From Candidatus Omnitrophota bacterium (GTDB lineage: Bacteria > Omnitrophota > Gorgyraeia > 2-01-FULL-45-10): 64,000 nt of DNA. The stretch lies in assembly GCA_030695905.1 (NCBI GenBank), contig JAUYOL010000011.1, forward strand, positions 7,887-71,886. Reading direction: 5' to 3'. The notes beneath the pieces were generated by a model that worked only from the letters and a program-made list of their open reading frames with translations, was not told the origin of the DNA and did not search any database. This document shows, one piece after another, positions 18,001-27,807 of this stretch (position 1 is the first letter of the stretch; the number at the start of each line of letters is the position of its first letter). The translations under genes and the position numbers were made by a program.

Positions 18001-18873
18001 CTATATTAACTTGTAATCCTTAAGGGCCTTTACAAGCTTCTCTTTATTCTCCGGGAGCATTTCACACAAAGGCAGCCTCATTGCCGGATCGATCATCTTC
18101 ATAAGCCCCATCGCTGTTTTTACCGGGATCGGGTTTGTTTCGATAAACATGGCCTTTACGAGATTCAGCGTCTTGTAATGCAATTGCTCGGCCTTTTTAA
18201 TGTCGCCTTTTTCAAAAGCGGCGCACATATCAGCGATATCACGCGGTATAATATTCGCGACGACAGATATGATACCTACCCCACCTATCGATAAGACCGG
18301 CAGCGTCAACGCGTCATCACCCGATATGAGCAGGAAATTTTTCGGACATATGTTTCTTATCCTGGCCATCTGCTCTAAGGACCCACTCGCTTCTTTTACG
18401 CCTATTATATTCTTTATTTCGGCAAGTTTAGCGAAAGTTTCCGGTTCGATATTTACACCGGTCCTCGAGGCGATGTTGTAGAGTATTATCGGTATATCTA
18501 CCGCCTCGGCTATCGTCTTAAAATGAAGATATAGCCCTTTCTGCGTCGGACGATTATAATATGGGCTGACTTGCAGCGACGCTTGCGCGCCGGCCTTCTT
18601 GGCGTGCTTAGTAAGAGCTATCGCTTCGTCCGTTGAGTTTGAGCCGGTTCCCGCGATAACCGGTATCCTGCCCTTTACAAACTGTATCGTCAGCTCTATA
18701 ACTTTGTCATGTTCGTCGTACGAAAGCGTCGCGGATTCACCGGTAGTGCCGCAAGGAACAAGGGCGCTGGTGCCGTTCTTTATATGAAACTCTACCAGCT
18801 CTTTCAGCGCTTTCTCGTCTACAGATCCATTCTTAAAAGGTGTAACTAACGCGACCATCGAGCCTTTAAACAT
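18001..18873 (-). CDS. dapA: 4-hydroxy-tetrahydrodipicolinate synthase
   Basis: GTTGES, PYYN.P, YNI..RTG, KEASG, SGDD, NPIPVK. Confidence 0.98.
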   Translation of the reverse strand: MFKGSMVALVTPFKNGSVDEKALKELVEFHIKNGTSALVPCGTTGESATLSYDEHDKVIELTIQFVKGRIPVIAGTGSNSTDEAIALTKHAKKAGAQASLQVSPYYNRPTQKGLYLHFKTIAEAVDIPIILYNIASRTGVNIEPETFAKLAEIKNIIGVKEASGSLEQMARIRNICPKNFLLISGDDALTLPVLSIGGVGIISVVANIIPRDIADMCAAFEKGDIKKAEQLHYKTLNLVKAMFIETNPIPVKTAMGLMKMIDPAMRLPLCEMLPENKEKLVKALKDYKLI

Positions 18874-19678
18874 TTTCTATATCCCCCTCATATACGAGTT
18901 TTGCCTTGCCTTCTAAATATACATTCTTAAAACTTCCTTCAACCACATCAAAATAGACTTTCAGCGTCTCCTTGCTTTTTGTTTCGACAGTTACCGGAGA
19001 GAAGAGATGCTCAGATTCCGCAGCTATTATAGCGCTGGCCACCGCACCGGTGCCGCAGGCAAGCGTCTCATCCTCAACGCCTCTTTCATAGGTCCTTACA
19101 GAAATTTTACTATTAGGCTGATCGACTATTTTTACAAAATCGACATTTGCGCCCTCTGGAGAAAAATCAGCATGGTACCTCATTTTAGAGCCAAGTTCTT
19201 TAACGCCTATATTCTCGATATCTTCAACGAAATGAATAACATGAGGAACGCCCGTATTTGTAAAATTAACTTTATACGGGCACTCATTTATCATAAGGCA
19301 CAGGTTCCAGTGAATATCTTTAGGCTCTGTAAGCTTAACTTTTATCTCCTGGCCTTTTACGCCGGCATCCAATACACCCGCCAAGGTCTCGATCTTCATA
19401 TTATCGGATGCGATCTTTTTCATGCTTGCATAAAGAGCGATGCAGCGCGAGCCGTTACCGCACATCTCGGCTTCGCTGCCGTCAGGATTGAATATGCGCA
19501 TCTTAAAATCAGCCTTGTCGGACTTTTCTAAAAGCAGGACTCCGTCGGCCCCGACTCCGTATTTCCTGTCGCATAGCTCTTTGGCGGTTTTTGAAAAACC
19601 GCTACCTAATTGACCATTGCGATTGTCTATAATGATAAAATCGTTTCCTGTAGCGACTGCCTTTGTAAATTTAATCAT
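18866..19678 (-). CDS. dapF: Diaminopimelate epimerase
   Basis: GNDF, EMCGNG, GVPH, ERGVEDETLACGTG. Confidence 0.98.
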   Translation of the reverse strand: MIKFTKAVATGNDFIIIDNRNGQLGSGFSKTAKELCDRKYGVGADGVLLLEKSDKADFKMRIFNPDGSEAEMCGNGSRCIALYASMKKIASDNMKIETLAGVLDAGVKGQEIKVKLTEPKDIHWNLCLMINECPYKVNFTNTGVPHVIHFVEDIENIGVKELGSKMRYHADFSPEGANVDFVKIVDQPNSKISVRTYERGVEDETLACGTGAVASAIIAAESEHLFSPVTVETKSKETLKVYFDVVEGSFKNVYLEGKAKLVYEGDIENV

Positions 19679-20931
19679 CTCAAAACCTTTGGTATGACTT
19701 CGCCGCGGACCAGGTCCCTGTATGCCTCCTGCTTCCTAACAACATAAATCTTGCCTTCTATAACCATCACTTCTGCCGCACGAGGACGTGAGTTATAGTT
19801 GCTGGACATAGTAAAACCGTAAGCTCCGGCGCCCATCACCGCCAATAAGTCGCCCTTATGCATTTGAGGCAAGAATCTATCCTTGCCGAGAAAATCCCCG
19901 GATTCGCATATCGGTCCGACCACATCCACCTTTTCGCTCGTATCGGCGCTGTCAATAGCAACCTTCACAGGCACTATCTTATGATACGCGGTGTATAAGC
20001 TCGGCCTTATGAGGTCGCTCATACCGCTATCTACGATTACAAACTTATTATGCGGAGTCTCTTTTGTGTATAAAACCTTCGTAACAAGTATTCCGCTGTT
20101 CCCGGAAATAAACCGGCCGGGTTCAAGCACTATCTTAAGCCCGGAACTTTTCAGCATCGGCAGGACTTTCTGCGCAAAGCTCTTTGCGGTCTGCGGGTTC
20201 TCTATCGAATACATGATACCCAGGCCGCCGCCTATATTGAAATAGTCCACCTTTATGCGGGACCTCTTCAAAAACTCCAACACCTTCTTTATAGCGTCAA
20301 CAAACGGTTCGCCGTCCAATATCTGCGAACCTATATGTATGTGAACGCCCCTGATATTGAGATTAGGATATTCTTTGTGCGAATTAAATATATTCCGTAC
20401 GGTACCGAAATCAAGGCCGAACTTTGTATCGCCCTTGCCGGTAACTATATGCGCGTGCGTTTTGGCCGTAACATCCGGATTTATCCTTAAGGCTATATTA
20501 ACCTTTTTCTTTAACTCCCCAGCCACAGACTGGATCTGATCAAGCTCTTCTTTGGACTCCACATTAAATAACAGGATTCCAAATTTAATCGCGTCGGCTA
20601 TCTCGTCACGCCTCTTACCCACTCCGGCGTAAACTATGTTTTTCGCCGCGGCGCGGGCAAGACGCGCTCTATACAGCTCTCCGCCGGAGACGATATCGAG
20701 CCCCGCGCCGTTCTTTACGAGGGCGCGCAGTACCGCGATATTTGAATTACTCTTCACAGAGAAACATATAAGCGGCTTTACAGAACTAAAGGCGGATTCA
20801 AGTTTCCTAAAATGGTCTATCAGTGTCTGATAGCTGTATAGGTAGAATGGCGTAGGGATCTTCTTAGCGATATCGGCAACCGCCACATCCTCGCAATAAA
20901 GCTCGTTATCCTTAAATGTAAATTCGTGCAT
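19675..20931 (-). CDS. lysA: Diaminopimelate decarboxylase
   Basis: FSVKSN, HIGSQ, GGGLG, EPGR, GPICESGD, GAYG. Confidence 0.98.
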   Translation of the reverse strand: MHEFTFKDNELYCEDVAVADIAKKIPTPFYLYSYQTLIDHFRKLESAFSSVKPLICFSVKSNSNIAVLRALVKNGAGLDIVSGGELYRARLARAAAKNIVYAGVGKRRDEIADAIKFGILLFNVESKEELDQIQSVAGELKKKVNIALRINPDVTAKTHAHIVTGKGDTKFGLDFGTVRNIFNSHKEYPNLNIRGVHIHIGSQILDGEPFVDAIKKVLEFLKRSRIKVDYFNIGGGLGIMYSIENPQTAKSFAQKVLPMLKSSGLKIVLEPGRFISGNSGILVTKVLYTKETPHNKFVIVDSGMSDLIRPSLYTAYHKIVPVKVAIDSADTSEKVDVVGPICESGDFLGKDRFLPQMHKGDLLAVMGAGAYGFTMSSNYNSRPRAAEVMVIEGKIYVVRKQEAYRDLVRGEVIPKVLR

Positions 20932-20934
20932 AAA

Positions 20935-22278
20935 TTACCTTTTTATCGACTTCTTTGATTTTACCGAGACGACCGGATTAAATAATTTAACGATCTCTTT
21001 TTTAATAAACTTATCTGAAAATCTGCTTAATTCGTGCTGAGTCATCGTCTTTATCTCGATAGAATTGTCTATCGAATATTTTACAAGTTCCCCCACTACC
21101 GTGTGAGCTGTTTTGAACGCGACACCTTTATTCACGAGATAATATACTATATCTGTCGCATATAAAGACTCGTCGTCCAACTGCGATTCTATCTTATCTT
21201 TATTAAACTTGAGCGTATTTACAAGCCCTCTTAAAACTTTTAGCTCTTTTATGAGCGTTTCAAATGAATCAAAAAGAGGCTCCTTGTCGAGCTGCATATC
21301 TCTATTATAAGATAGCGGCAGGCCTTTGATGACAGCCAAGAAACCTATGCGATTGCCATATAATCTACCGGCACTTCCTCTTATAAGCTCAAGAGCGTCC
21401 GCATTCTTCTTCTGTGGCATCAGGGAACTTCCTGTGCAGAACGCTTCGTCTATATCGACAAAATCGAACTCTTTAGTCGACCATATTATAAGATCTTCGG
21501 CAAATCTGGATAGATGCGTCGCTATAATGGCCGTAACGTTTAAAGCCTCCGCCACAAAACTTCTGTCGCTTACAGTGTATACTGAATTTTTCGTCGGCTC
21601 TAATTTCAGCCCTGCTAAACCTATGCCAAGCTTTTTGGCATATTTATCTATAGAAACGTTGTAATGCTTAGCCTCTATCGGTGTTCCGGCAACTGCGCCC
21701 GAGCCCATAGTTAGCTTTATATCTGAAGAGGCGATCTTCACTTTATCAAGGCCGGCTTCAAGCATCATAATATAAGCACCAATATAGTCTTTTAGGTATA
21801 TGGGTTGAGCGTGTTGCATATGCGTAAAGCCCGGAATTATAACATCGTTATTGGCCTTAGCTAAAGATTTTAACGCGTCTATAACGCCTGCGCATAACAT
21901 AACGACTTGGGCCAGCTTGTCTTTGCAATATACTTTTGTGGCAAATACAACCTGGTCGTTTCTCGACCGGGCAGTGTGCAGCTTAAGAGCAAGGTCGCCA
22001 ATCTGCTCTGAAAGCATATCCTGTATCTGGCTGTGTACATCCTCATAGGATAGGTCCGGTGAAAATTTACCATTGCCTATCTTCAAAAGGGCCGCCTGGA
22101 GCCTCGACGCTTCCTGCGGCTTCAGATATCCGGCCTTACCCAGAACTTCAACATGGACCATAGAGCCCAAGATATCGTATTTCGCCAGCTTATAGTCATA
22201 CTGTATGGATTTGGTGAATTCTTCCACTGACTGGTCCGTCGGTTTTGAGAATCTTCCACCCCATAATTTTTTAGCCAT
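20935..22278 (-). CDS. argH: Argininosuccinate lyase
   Basis: LWGGRF, LHTARSRNDQ, GSSLMPQKKN, YNRDMQ.DK. Confidence 0.98.
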   Translation of the reverse strand: MAKKLWGGRFSKPTDQSVEEFTKSIQYDYKLAKYDILGSMVHVEVLGKAGYLKPQEASRLQAALLKIGNGKFSPDLSYEDVHSQIQDMLSEQIGDLALKLHTARSRNDQVVFATKVYCKDKLAQVVMLCAGVIDALKSLAKANNDVIIPGFTHMQHAQPIYLKDYIGAYIMMLEAGLDKVKIASSDIKLTMGSGAVAGTPIEAKHYNVSIDKYAKKLGIGLAGLKLEPTKNSVYTVSDRSFVAEALNVTAIIATHLSRFAEDLIIWSTKEFDFVDIDEAFCTGSSLMPQKKNADALELIRGSAGRLYGNRIGFLAVIKGLPLSYNRDMQLDKEPLFDSFETLIKELKVLRGLVNTLKFNKDKIESQLDDESLYATDIVYYLVNKGVAFKTAHTVVGELVKYSIDNSIEIKTMTQHELSRFSDKFIKKEIVKLFNPVVSVKSKKSIKR

Positions 22279-23459
22279 TATTTGCCTCTTCCTTTGTATG
22301 GCAATCCCCAGAGCTCGATAAAGCCTTTGGCAAGAGATTGATCGAACTTATCGCCCTCCTCATAAGTGGCAAGCTCCTTCTTGTATAAAGAGTCGGGAGA
22401 TTTTCTGCCCACTACCGAGCAGTTGCCTTTATGAAGTTTGAGTCTTACTGTGCCATTGACATATTTTTGAGTGTCATCCACAAATTTATCAAGCGCCTCT
22501 CTCAAAGGCGAATACCAGAGCCCGTAATAAACAAGCTCTGAATACTTTAAGGATACGATATCCTTAAAGTGCATAAGCTCTCTATCGAGCACAAGACTTT
22601 CGAGAGCTTTGTGCGCGGTATATAAAACCCATCCCGCCGGAGCCTCATATATCTCTCTGGACTTTATCCCGACGAGCCTATTTTCGATCATATCGCTTCT
22701 GCCGACGCCGGCATCGCCCGCGATCTTTCCCAGTTTTATGATAAGGCTCACGCCGTCCATAGTTTTGCCATCAAGCTTTACGGGAATGCCTTTTTTAAAC
22801 TCCACCCCTACATAACAAGGCTGCGCCTTTGCCTTATCTACTCCTTTCGTAAGACAATAGATATCTTCGTCAGGCTCGTAATAAGGATCTTCCAGCTTCC
22901 CACTTTCAATCGATATTCCCCAAAGATTAACATCAATCGAGTAAGGCTTCTTTTTTGTTGTGTCGATGGGGATATTATGATTCTTCGCATATTCTATCTC
23001 TTCGCTTCTTGTCTTTAATTCCCATTCTCTTACAGGCGCTATTATCTTCAATTTAGGATCGAGCGCCATCGTAGTAACTTCAAATCTTACCTGGTCATTA
23101 CCTTTTCCTGTGCATCCGTGCGCTACATATTGCGCGCCTTCCTTCTGGGCCGTCTCGACCAGGCCCTTCGCTATAACCGGCCTTGAAAGCGCCGTTGCCA
23201 GCAGGTACGAACCTTCGTATATAGCGTTTGCCTTCAACGCTTTAAACACAAAATCGTCAACAAATTCACTCTTAAGATCACCAACAATAGCTTTTATAGC
23301 GCCGGTCTTTAAGGCTCTGGCCTTATAAGTCTGAAAATCAGACCCTTGCCCAACGTCAGCCATATAAGCGATAACTTCATAGCCCTTATTTTTTAGCCAT
23401 GTTATGGCAACCGATGTATCAAGCCCGCCTGAATACGCTAATACTACTTTTTTGCCCAT
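22278..23459 (-). CDS. argG: Argininosuccinate synthase
   Basis: AYSGGLDTS, HGCTGKGNDQVRFE, GIKSREIYEAP. Confidence 0.99.
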   Translation of the reverse strand: MGKKVVLAYSGGLDTSVAITWLKNKGYEVIAYMADVGQGSDFQTYKARALKTGAIKAIVGDLKSEFVDDFVFKALKANAIYEGSYLLATALSRPVIAKGLVETAQKEGAQYVAHGCTGKGNDQVRFEVTTMALDPKLKIIAPVREWELKTRSEEIEYAKNHNIPIDTTKKKPYSIDVNLWGISIESGKLEDPYYEPDEDIYCLTKGVDKAKAQPCYVGVEFKKGIPVKLDGKTMDGVSLIIKLGKIAGDAGVGRSDMIENRLVGIKSREIYEAPAGWVLYTAHKALESLVLDRELMHFKDIVSLKYSELVYYGLWYSPLREALDKFVDDTQKYVNGTVRLKLHKGNCSVVGRKSPDSLYKKELATYEEGDKFDQSLAKGFIELWGLPYKGRGK

Positions 23460-23472
23460 AAAAGTTCTCCCG

Positions 23473-24396
23473 TTATCCTAATAGTTTCAAAAGAATCGCC
23501 TTTTGTATATGCATTCTGTTCTCCGCTTGATCATAGACTACGGAATTCTTTGAGTCTATCACGGAATCTGTTATCTCGTCGCCTCTATGCGCTGGCAGAC
23601 AATGCATTACCAGGCAATTTTTATTAGTCAGTTTCATTATGCCGTCGTTAATCTGAAATCCCTCAAAATCTTTCATTCTCTTATCGGCTTCTTTCTCCTG
23701 GCCCATGCTTACCCATACATCCGTATAGACTATATCGGCCCCCTTGGCCGCAACTTTCGGGTCGTGCGTAAATTCTATCGTAGACTGTGATTCTAAAGCG
23801 CACTTTTTAGCCGTATCGACCGCTTTCTTTAACGGCTCATAACCTTTCGGAGTCGCTATCTTAATATTAAGCCCTACCTTGGCCGCGGCGCACATAAGAG
23901 AATTTAATACATTATTGGCATCCCCTATATAGGACAGGGTTATGCCTTTGAATGTGCCGAATTTCTCTTTTATGGTGAATATATCGCTAAGCGCCTGGCA
24001 AGGATGCGCGAAGTCGCTTAAACCATTCACTACGGGTACGGTGGCATATTTAGCCAGGTCCTCGGCGTCCTCATGTTTATATGTTCTCGCTACAAGGCCA
24101 TCGAGATATCTTGATAAGACTTTGGCGACATCTTTGACCGATTCCCTTCCGCCCATACCTATCTCCGAAGGGCCAAGATATATTGCGTATCCTCCCAGCT
24201 GCACCATGCCTATCTCGAAAGAAACCCTCGTTCTATTCGACGGTTTCTGAAATATAAGCCCTATCGATTTGCCTTTAAGCGCATCGGCATATTTGGCCTT
24301 ATATTTTTTTAAGGCCTTGCCGGTATCCAGTATATCAATAATCTCTTCAACCGAAAGGTCAGTTACCGATAACAGGTTCTTCTTCATTTCGATCAC
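23473..24396 (-). CDS. argF: Ornithine carbamoyltransferase
   Basis: KPSNRTR, HPCQ, DVWVSMG, HCLPAHRG, QAENR. Confidence 0.97.
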   Translation of the reverse strand: MIEMKKNLLSVTDLSVEEIIDILDTGKALKKYKAKYADALKGKSIGLIFQKPSNRTRVSFEIGMVQLGGYAIYLGPSEIGMGGRESVKDVAKVLSRYLDGLVARTYKHEDAEDLAKYATVPVVNGLSDFAHPCQALSDIFTIKEKFGTFKGITLSYIGDANNVLNSLMCAAAKVGLNIKIATPKGYEPLKKAVDTAKKCALESQSTIEFTHDPKVAAKGADIVYTDVWVSMGQEKEADKRMKDFEGFQINDGIMKLTNKNCLVMHCLPAHRGDEITDSVIDSKNSVVYDQAENRMHIQKAILLKLLG

Positions 24397-24403
24397 CTTT
24401 TTT

Positions 24404-25588
24404 CTACAATTTTGCCAGGACTTTATCTAATATAGAAACCGCTTTATCGATCTCCTTCGCGCTAACTGTCATAGGCGGCATTATCCTCAATACCGTATCC
24501 TGCGTGCAATTTAACAGAAGACCCGCTTCGAGACACTTCTGATAAATATCCTCGCCTTTAATATTTAACTCCACGCCTATAACTAACCCCACCGATCTAA
24601 TCTGGCTTATAAAATGATACTTCTTCTTCAGGGCCTTAAGCTTCTTTACCAGGTAGGCGCCCATCTTATTCGTATTTTGCAATAACTTCTCTTTTTTTAT
24701 CGCCTCAAATACCGCAAGTGCCGCCGCGCAAACAATGGGTGAGCCGCCGAATGTAGACGCATGCGTCCCCGGAGTGAGCACACTAGCGAACTTCCCTCTC
24801 GCCACGCAAGCTCCTATAGGCACTCCGCCGCCTAAAGACTTCGCGAGAGTCATAATGTCAGGCTCGATACCATACTGCTGATAGCAGAAGAATTTGCCGG
24901 TCCTGCCCATGCCTGTCTGAACTTCGTCGAGTATCATTACGATATCTTTTTCATCGCAGAGCTTTCTGACTGCCTGCATATATTCTTTGCTGGCTATATT
25001 TATACCGCCCTCACATTGTATAGGTTCAAACATCACGGCGATAGTCTTTTCGTTTATCGCTTCTTTCAATGCTTCTATATCATTAAAAGGAATATGGATA
25101 AAGCCTTTTATAAGCGGCTCGAATCCCTTTTTAACCTTATCCTGGCCCGTAGCCGATATCATCCCAAGAGTTCTCCCGTGGAAAGACTTCGTCATCGTGA
25201 TGATCTGGTACCTGCCATTGTCGTGGCCATACTTTCTCGCAAGCTTTACAGCGCCCTCGTTCGCTTCCGCGCCGGAATTCGCGAAAAATACCTTACCCGA
25301 AAAAGACTCTTCTATTATTCTCTTTGCCAAAAGTCCCTGCAGTTGTGAATAATAATTATTCGACACATGCATCAGTTTTTTAGCCTGTTTTGCCACCGCA
25401 TTCGAAACCATCGGATGGCAATGTCCTATGCCCGATACCGCCCATCCCGGAAAAAAATCCAGGTATTCCCTGCCATCTATATCCCAAACCTTGCTACCCT
25501 TTGCCTTCTCAAGGCAAAATGGCACCCTTTTATAAGTGCACATGACGTACTTATCGTACATCTCTACCACCTTATCAGTCTTATTCAT
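24404..25588 (-). CDS. argD: Acetylornithine aminotransferase
   Basis: NSGAEANE, SFHGRT, DEVQTG, AKSLGGG, H.STFGG; in the arg operon. Confidence 0.95.
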   Translation of the reverse strand: MNKTDKVVEMYDKYVMCTYKRVPFCLEKAKGSKVWDIDGREYLDFFPGWAVSGIGHCHPMVSNAVAKQAKKLMHVSNNYYSQLQGLLAKRIIEESFSGKVFFANSGAEANEGAVKLARKYGHDNGRYQIITMTKSFHGRTLGMISATGQDKVKKGFEPLIKGFIHIPFNDIEALKEAINEKTIAVMFEPIQCEGGINIASKEYMQAVRKLCDEKDIVMILDEVQTGMGRTGKFFCYQQYGIEPDIMTLAKSLGGGVPIGACVARGKFASVLTPGTHASTFGGSPIVCAAALAVFEAIKKEKLLQNTNKMGAYLVKKLKALKKKYHFISQIRSVGLVIGVELNIKGEDIYQKCLEAGLLLNCTQDTVLRIMPPMTVSAKEIDKAVSILDKVLAKL

Positions 25589-25607
25589 CTGTTTCTTTCG
25601 TCCTTCA

Positions 25608-25652
25608 CTATTTCTTAGGCTTCTTCTTCTGGCAACCGCATGTACCGCACAT
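25608..25652 (-). CDS. Putative 14-aa micropeptide MCGTCGCQKKKPKK
   Basis: ATG preceded by an AGGAG SD (overlapping the argB TAG) at 7-nt spacing; TAG stop; fills the argB-argD gap. Confidence 0.6.
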   Translation of the reverse strand: MCGTCGCQKKKPKK

Positions 25653-25662
25653 AAAAATTCTC

Positions 25663-26517
25663 CTATTTTACGATCTGAGTACCGATACCTTTATCGGTAA
25701 ACATCTCTAATAAAAGAGCATGCGGAATACTGGCGTCGAGTATATGAGCCTTCTTTACTCCGCCCTTAATGGCATTTACACATGATGCCACCTTTGGAAT
25801 CATGCCGCCATATATGATATTCTTCTTCATCAAACTGTTAATCTCTTTCACAGTAAGCGTATTATATAACGTTCTTGGGTCGTCCTTGTCTTTCATGACG
25901 CCCCGCACATTTGTCAAAAGTACAAATTTCTCAGCTTTTAAAGCAACTGCTATCTCGCTGGCCACATCATCGGCATTCACGTTATACAAATTTCTATCCC
26001 GTCCGGTTCCCAGAGGATATATGACGGGTATTATATTGTCTTCTATCAGCTGCTTAACTACAGTGGTATCGACCGAAGTAACTTCTCCTACAAAACCAAG
26101 ATCGATTTGGGATTTGAGTTTCTTCACTTTAATAAGGTCATTCTCCCGCCCGCTCAAACCAAAAGCTTTAGTACCAAGGCCTTTGAGCGTATTTACAATC
26201 TGCTTATTTATAGTATGCAGCGCCTTATCGATAATGTATATCGACTCCTTATCGGTAACACGTCTGCCGCATATAAATTTCGGCTCTATGCCCGCCTTCT
26301 TCATAAACTTCGATATAAGAGGACCTCCGCCGTGCACAAGTATCGGCCTCATACCGGCGTAGTTCATGAATACGATATCCTCGAGCACCGACGGATCGAT
26401 ACCCTTCTCGTCCACGGCGGCACCGCCATACTTGATCACGACGACTTTCTCAAAGAAATTTTTTATATAAGGAAGCGCCTCAATCAATACTTCGCTCTTT
26501 TTAATTGCCTCTTTCAT
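25663..26517 (-). CDS. argB: Acetylglutamate kinase
   Basis: EALPYI, KYGG, VHGGGP, NVNAD, GGMIPK. Confidence 0.98.
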   Translation of the reverse strand: MKEAIKKSEVLIEALPYIKNFFEKVVVIKYGGAAVDEKGIDPSVLEDIVFMNYAGMRPILVHGGGPLISKFMKKAGIEPKFICGRRVTDKESIYIIDKALHTINKQIVNTLKGLGTKAFGLSGRENDLIKVKKLKSQIDLGFVGEVTSVDTTVVKQLIEDNIIPVIYPLGTGRDRNLYNVNADDVASEIAVALKAEKFVLLTNVRGVMKDKDDPRTLYNTLTVKEINSLMKKNIIYGGMIPKVASCVNAIKGGVKKAHILDASIPHALLLEMFTDKGIGTQIVK

Positions 26518-26534
26518 ATGTATTTCACCTATTT

Positions 26535-26580
26535 CATCGCCCCGGTGACATGTGGTTTACTCCGCCACACCGGGGCGGTG
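26535..26580. other. GC-rich intergenic stem-loop between argJ and argB
   Basis: catcgccccggtg ... caccggggcggtg; no strong U tract. Confidence 0.6.
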
Positions 26581-26583
26581 TAT

Positions 26584-27804
26584 TTATGTGCTATACTCCG
26601 AGTTTATGACTACGTATTCTTTGGAAAAGTCGCAGGTCCATGCCGTCGCGCCTGCTTTGCCGCTTTTCAGATCTACCGTTATATAAACCTTCTTCTTCTG
26701 AAATATCTTTTGCGCTTTTGCCCTATCGAAATTCTTTATACTCTGGCCGTTTAAAAGCGCTTTCATATTTCCAAGATATACATCAGCTTTATCCGGATCA
26801 AAATCTACTCCGCCGGCGCCGGCCGCCGCCACCACCCTGCCCCAGTTAGGATCCTCTCCGCATACAGCGCATTTTAACAGGTTCGATGTGGATATTTTTC
26901 TCGCTATCTTTCGCGCGTCATCCACGCTCTTCGCTCCCACAACCCGTATCTCAATAAATTTTGTAGCCCCTTCTCCGTCCACGGCAAGCAACTTAGCAAG
27001 TTCTTTGCATAAATATTTCAGAGCCGTGGTAAATTTATCATAGTCTTTGCCGTTAGACTTTATACATCTATTCTTCGCAAGGCCGTTAGCCAGTATAAAG
27101 CATGAATCGTTCGTGCTCATGTCCCCGTCAACGGATACCATATTAAATGAATCGGCTATTGCCTCATCAAGGCTTCGGGCCAGCATCTTTTTAGTTATCA
27201 AAGCGTCGGTAGAAATAAATGATAGCATCGTAGCGTGCATTTGTGTCTTCATATCGGGATACAGCATACCGACACCTTTACACGCGCCGCCTATAGTAAC
27301 TGTAGCCGAACCCAGCTTTACCCTGACGGCCAATTCTTTTTTAACCGTGTCCGTCGTCATTATCGCCTGAGCGAATATGCTTCCATTTGCCGCGGATAAG
27401 CATGCGACAAGCTCGGGCACGGCGGACTCTATCTTTTCTATCGGCAGATAGTGGCCTATGATGCCTGTTGACGCGACTAAAACCTCTTTATCCCCCAGCA
27501 GCAGCCCCTCACCTACGAGCTTGGCCATGTTGGCCGCGTCCTTATCTCCAATTTTACCGTTAGCGCAGTTGGCGTTCCCGCTATTTACAACCACCGCCTG
27601 ATGCGTCTTATTGCCCAAATATTTCTTGCTTACCTTTACCGGAGACGCCTGAAATCTATTTTTAGTAAAACTCGCCGCGGCGAAAGCGGGCACTTCGGAA
27701 TATAGAAGCCCAAAGTCAAGCCGCCCCGACTTCTTTATGCCGGCTTTTACACCGCTTGCCAAGAAACCTTTCGGCGCCGTTACCCCGCCTTTGATAATAT
27801 TCAT
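26584..27804 (-). CDS. argJ: Bifunctional ornithine acetyltransferase/N-acetylglutamate synthase
   Basis: NSGNANC, STGIIG, IMTTD, KG.GM, ATML, DGDMSTND, DGEGATK, PNWGR. Confidence 0.98.
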   Translation of the reverse strand: MNIIKGGVTAPKGFLASGVKAGIKKSGRLDFGLLYSEVPAFAAASFTKNRFQASPVKVSKKYLGNKTHQAVVVNSGNANCANGKIGDKDAANMAKLVGEGLLLGDKEVLVASTGIIGHYLPIEKIESAVPELVACLSAANGSIFAQAIMTTDTVKKELAVRVKLGSATVTIGGACKGVGMLYPDMKTQMHATMLSFISTDALITKKMLARSLDEAIADSFNMVSVDGDMSTNDSCFILANGLAKNRCIKSNGKDYDKFTTALKYLCKELAKLLAVDGEGATKFIEIRVVGAKSVDDARKIARKISTSNLLKCAVCGEDPNWGRVVAAAGAGGVDFDPDKADVYLGNMKALLNGQSIKNFDRAKAQKIFQKKKVYITVDLKSGKAGATAWTCDFSKEYVVINSEYST

Positions 27805-27807
27805 CTA

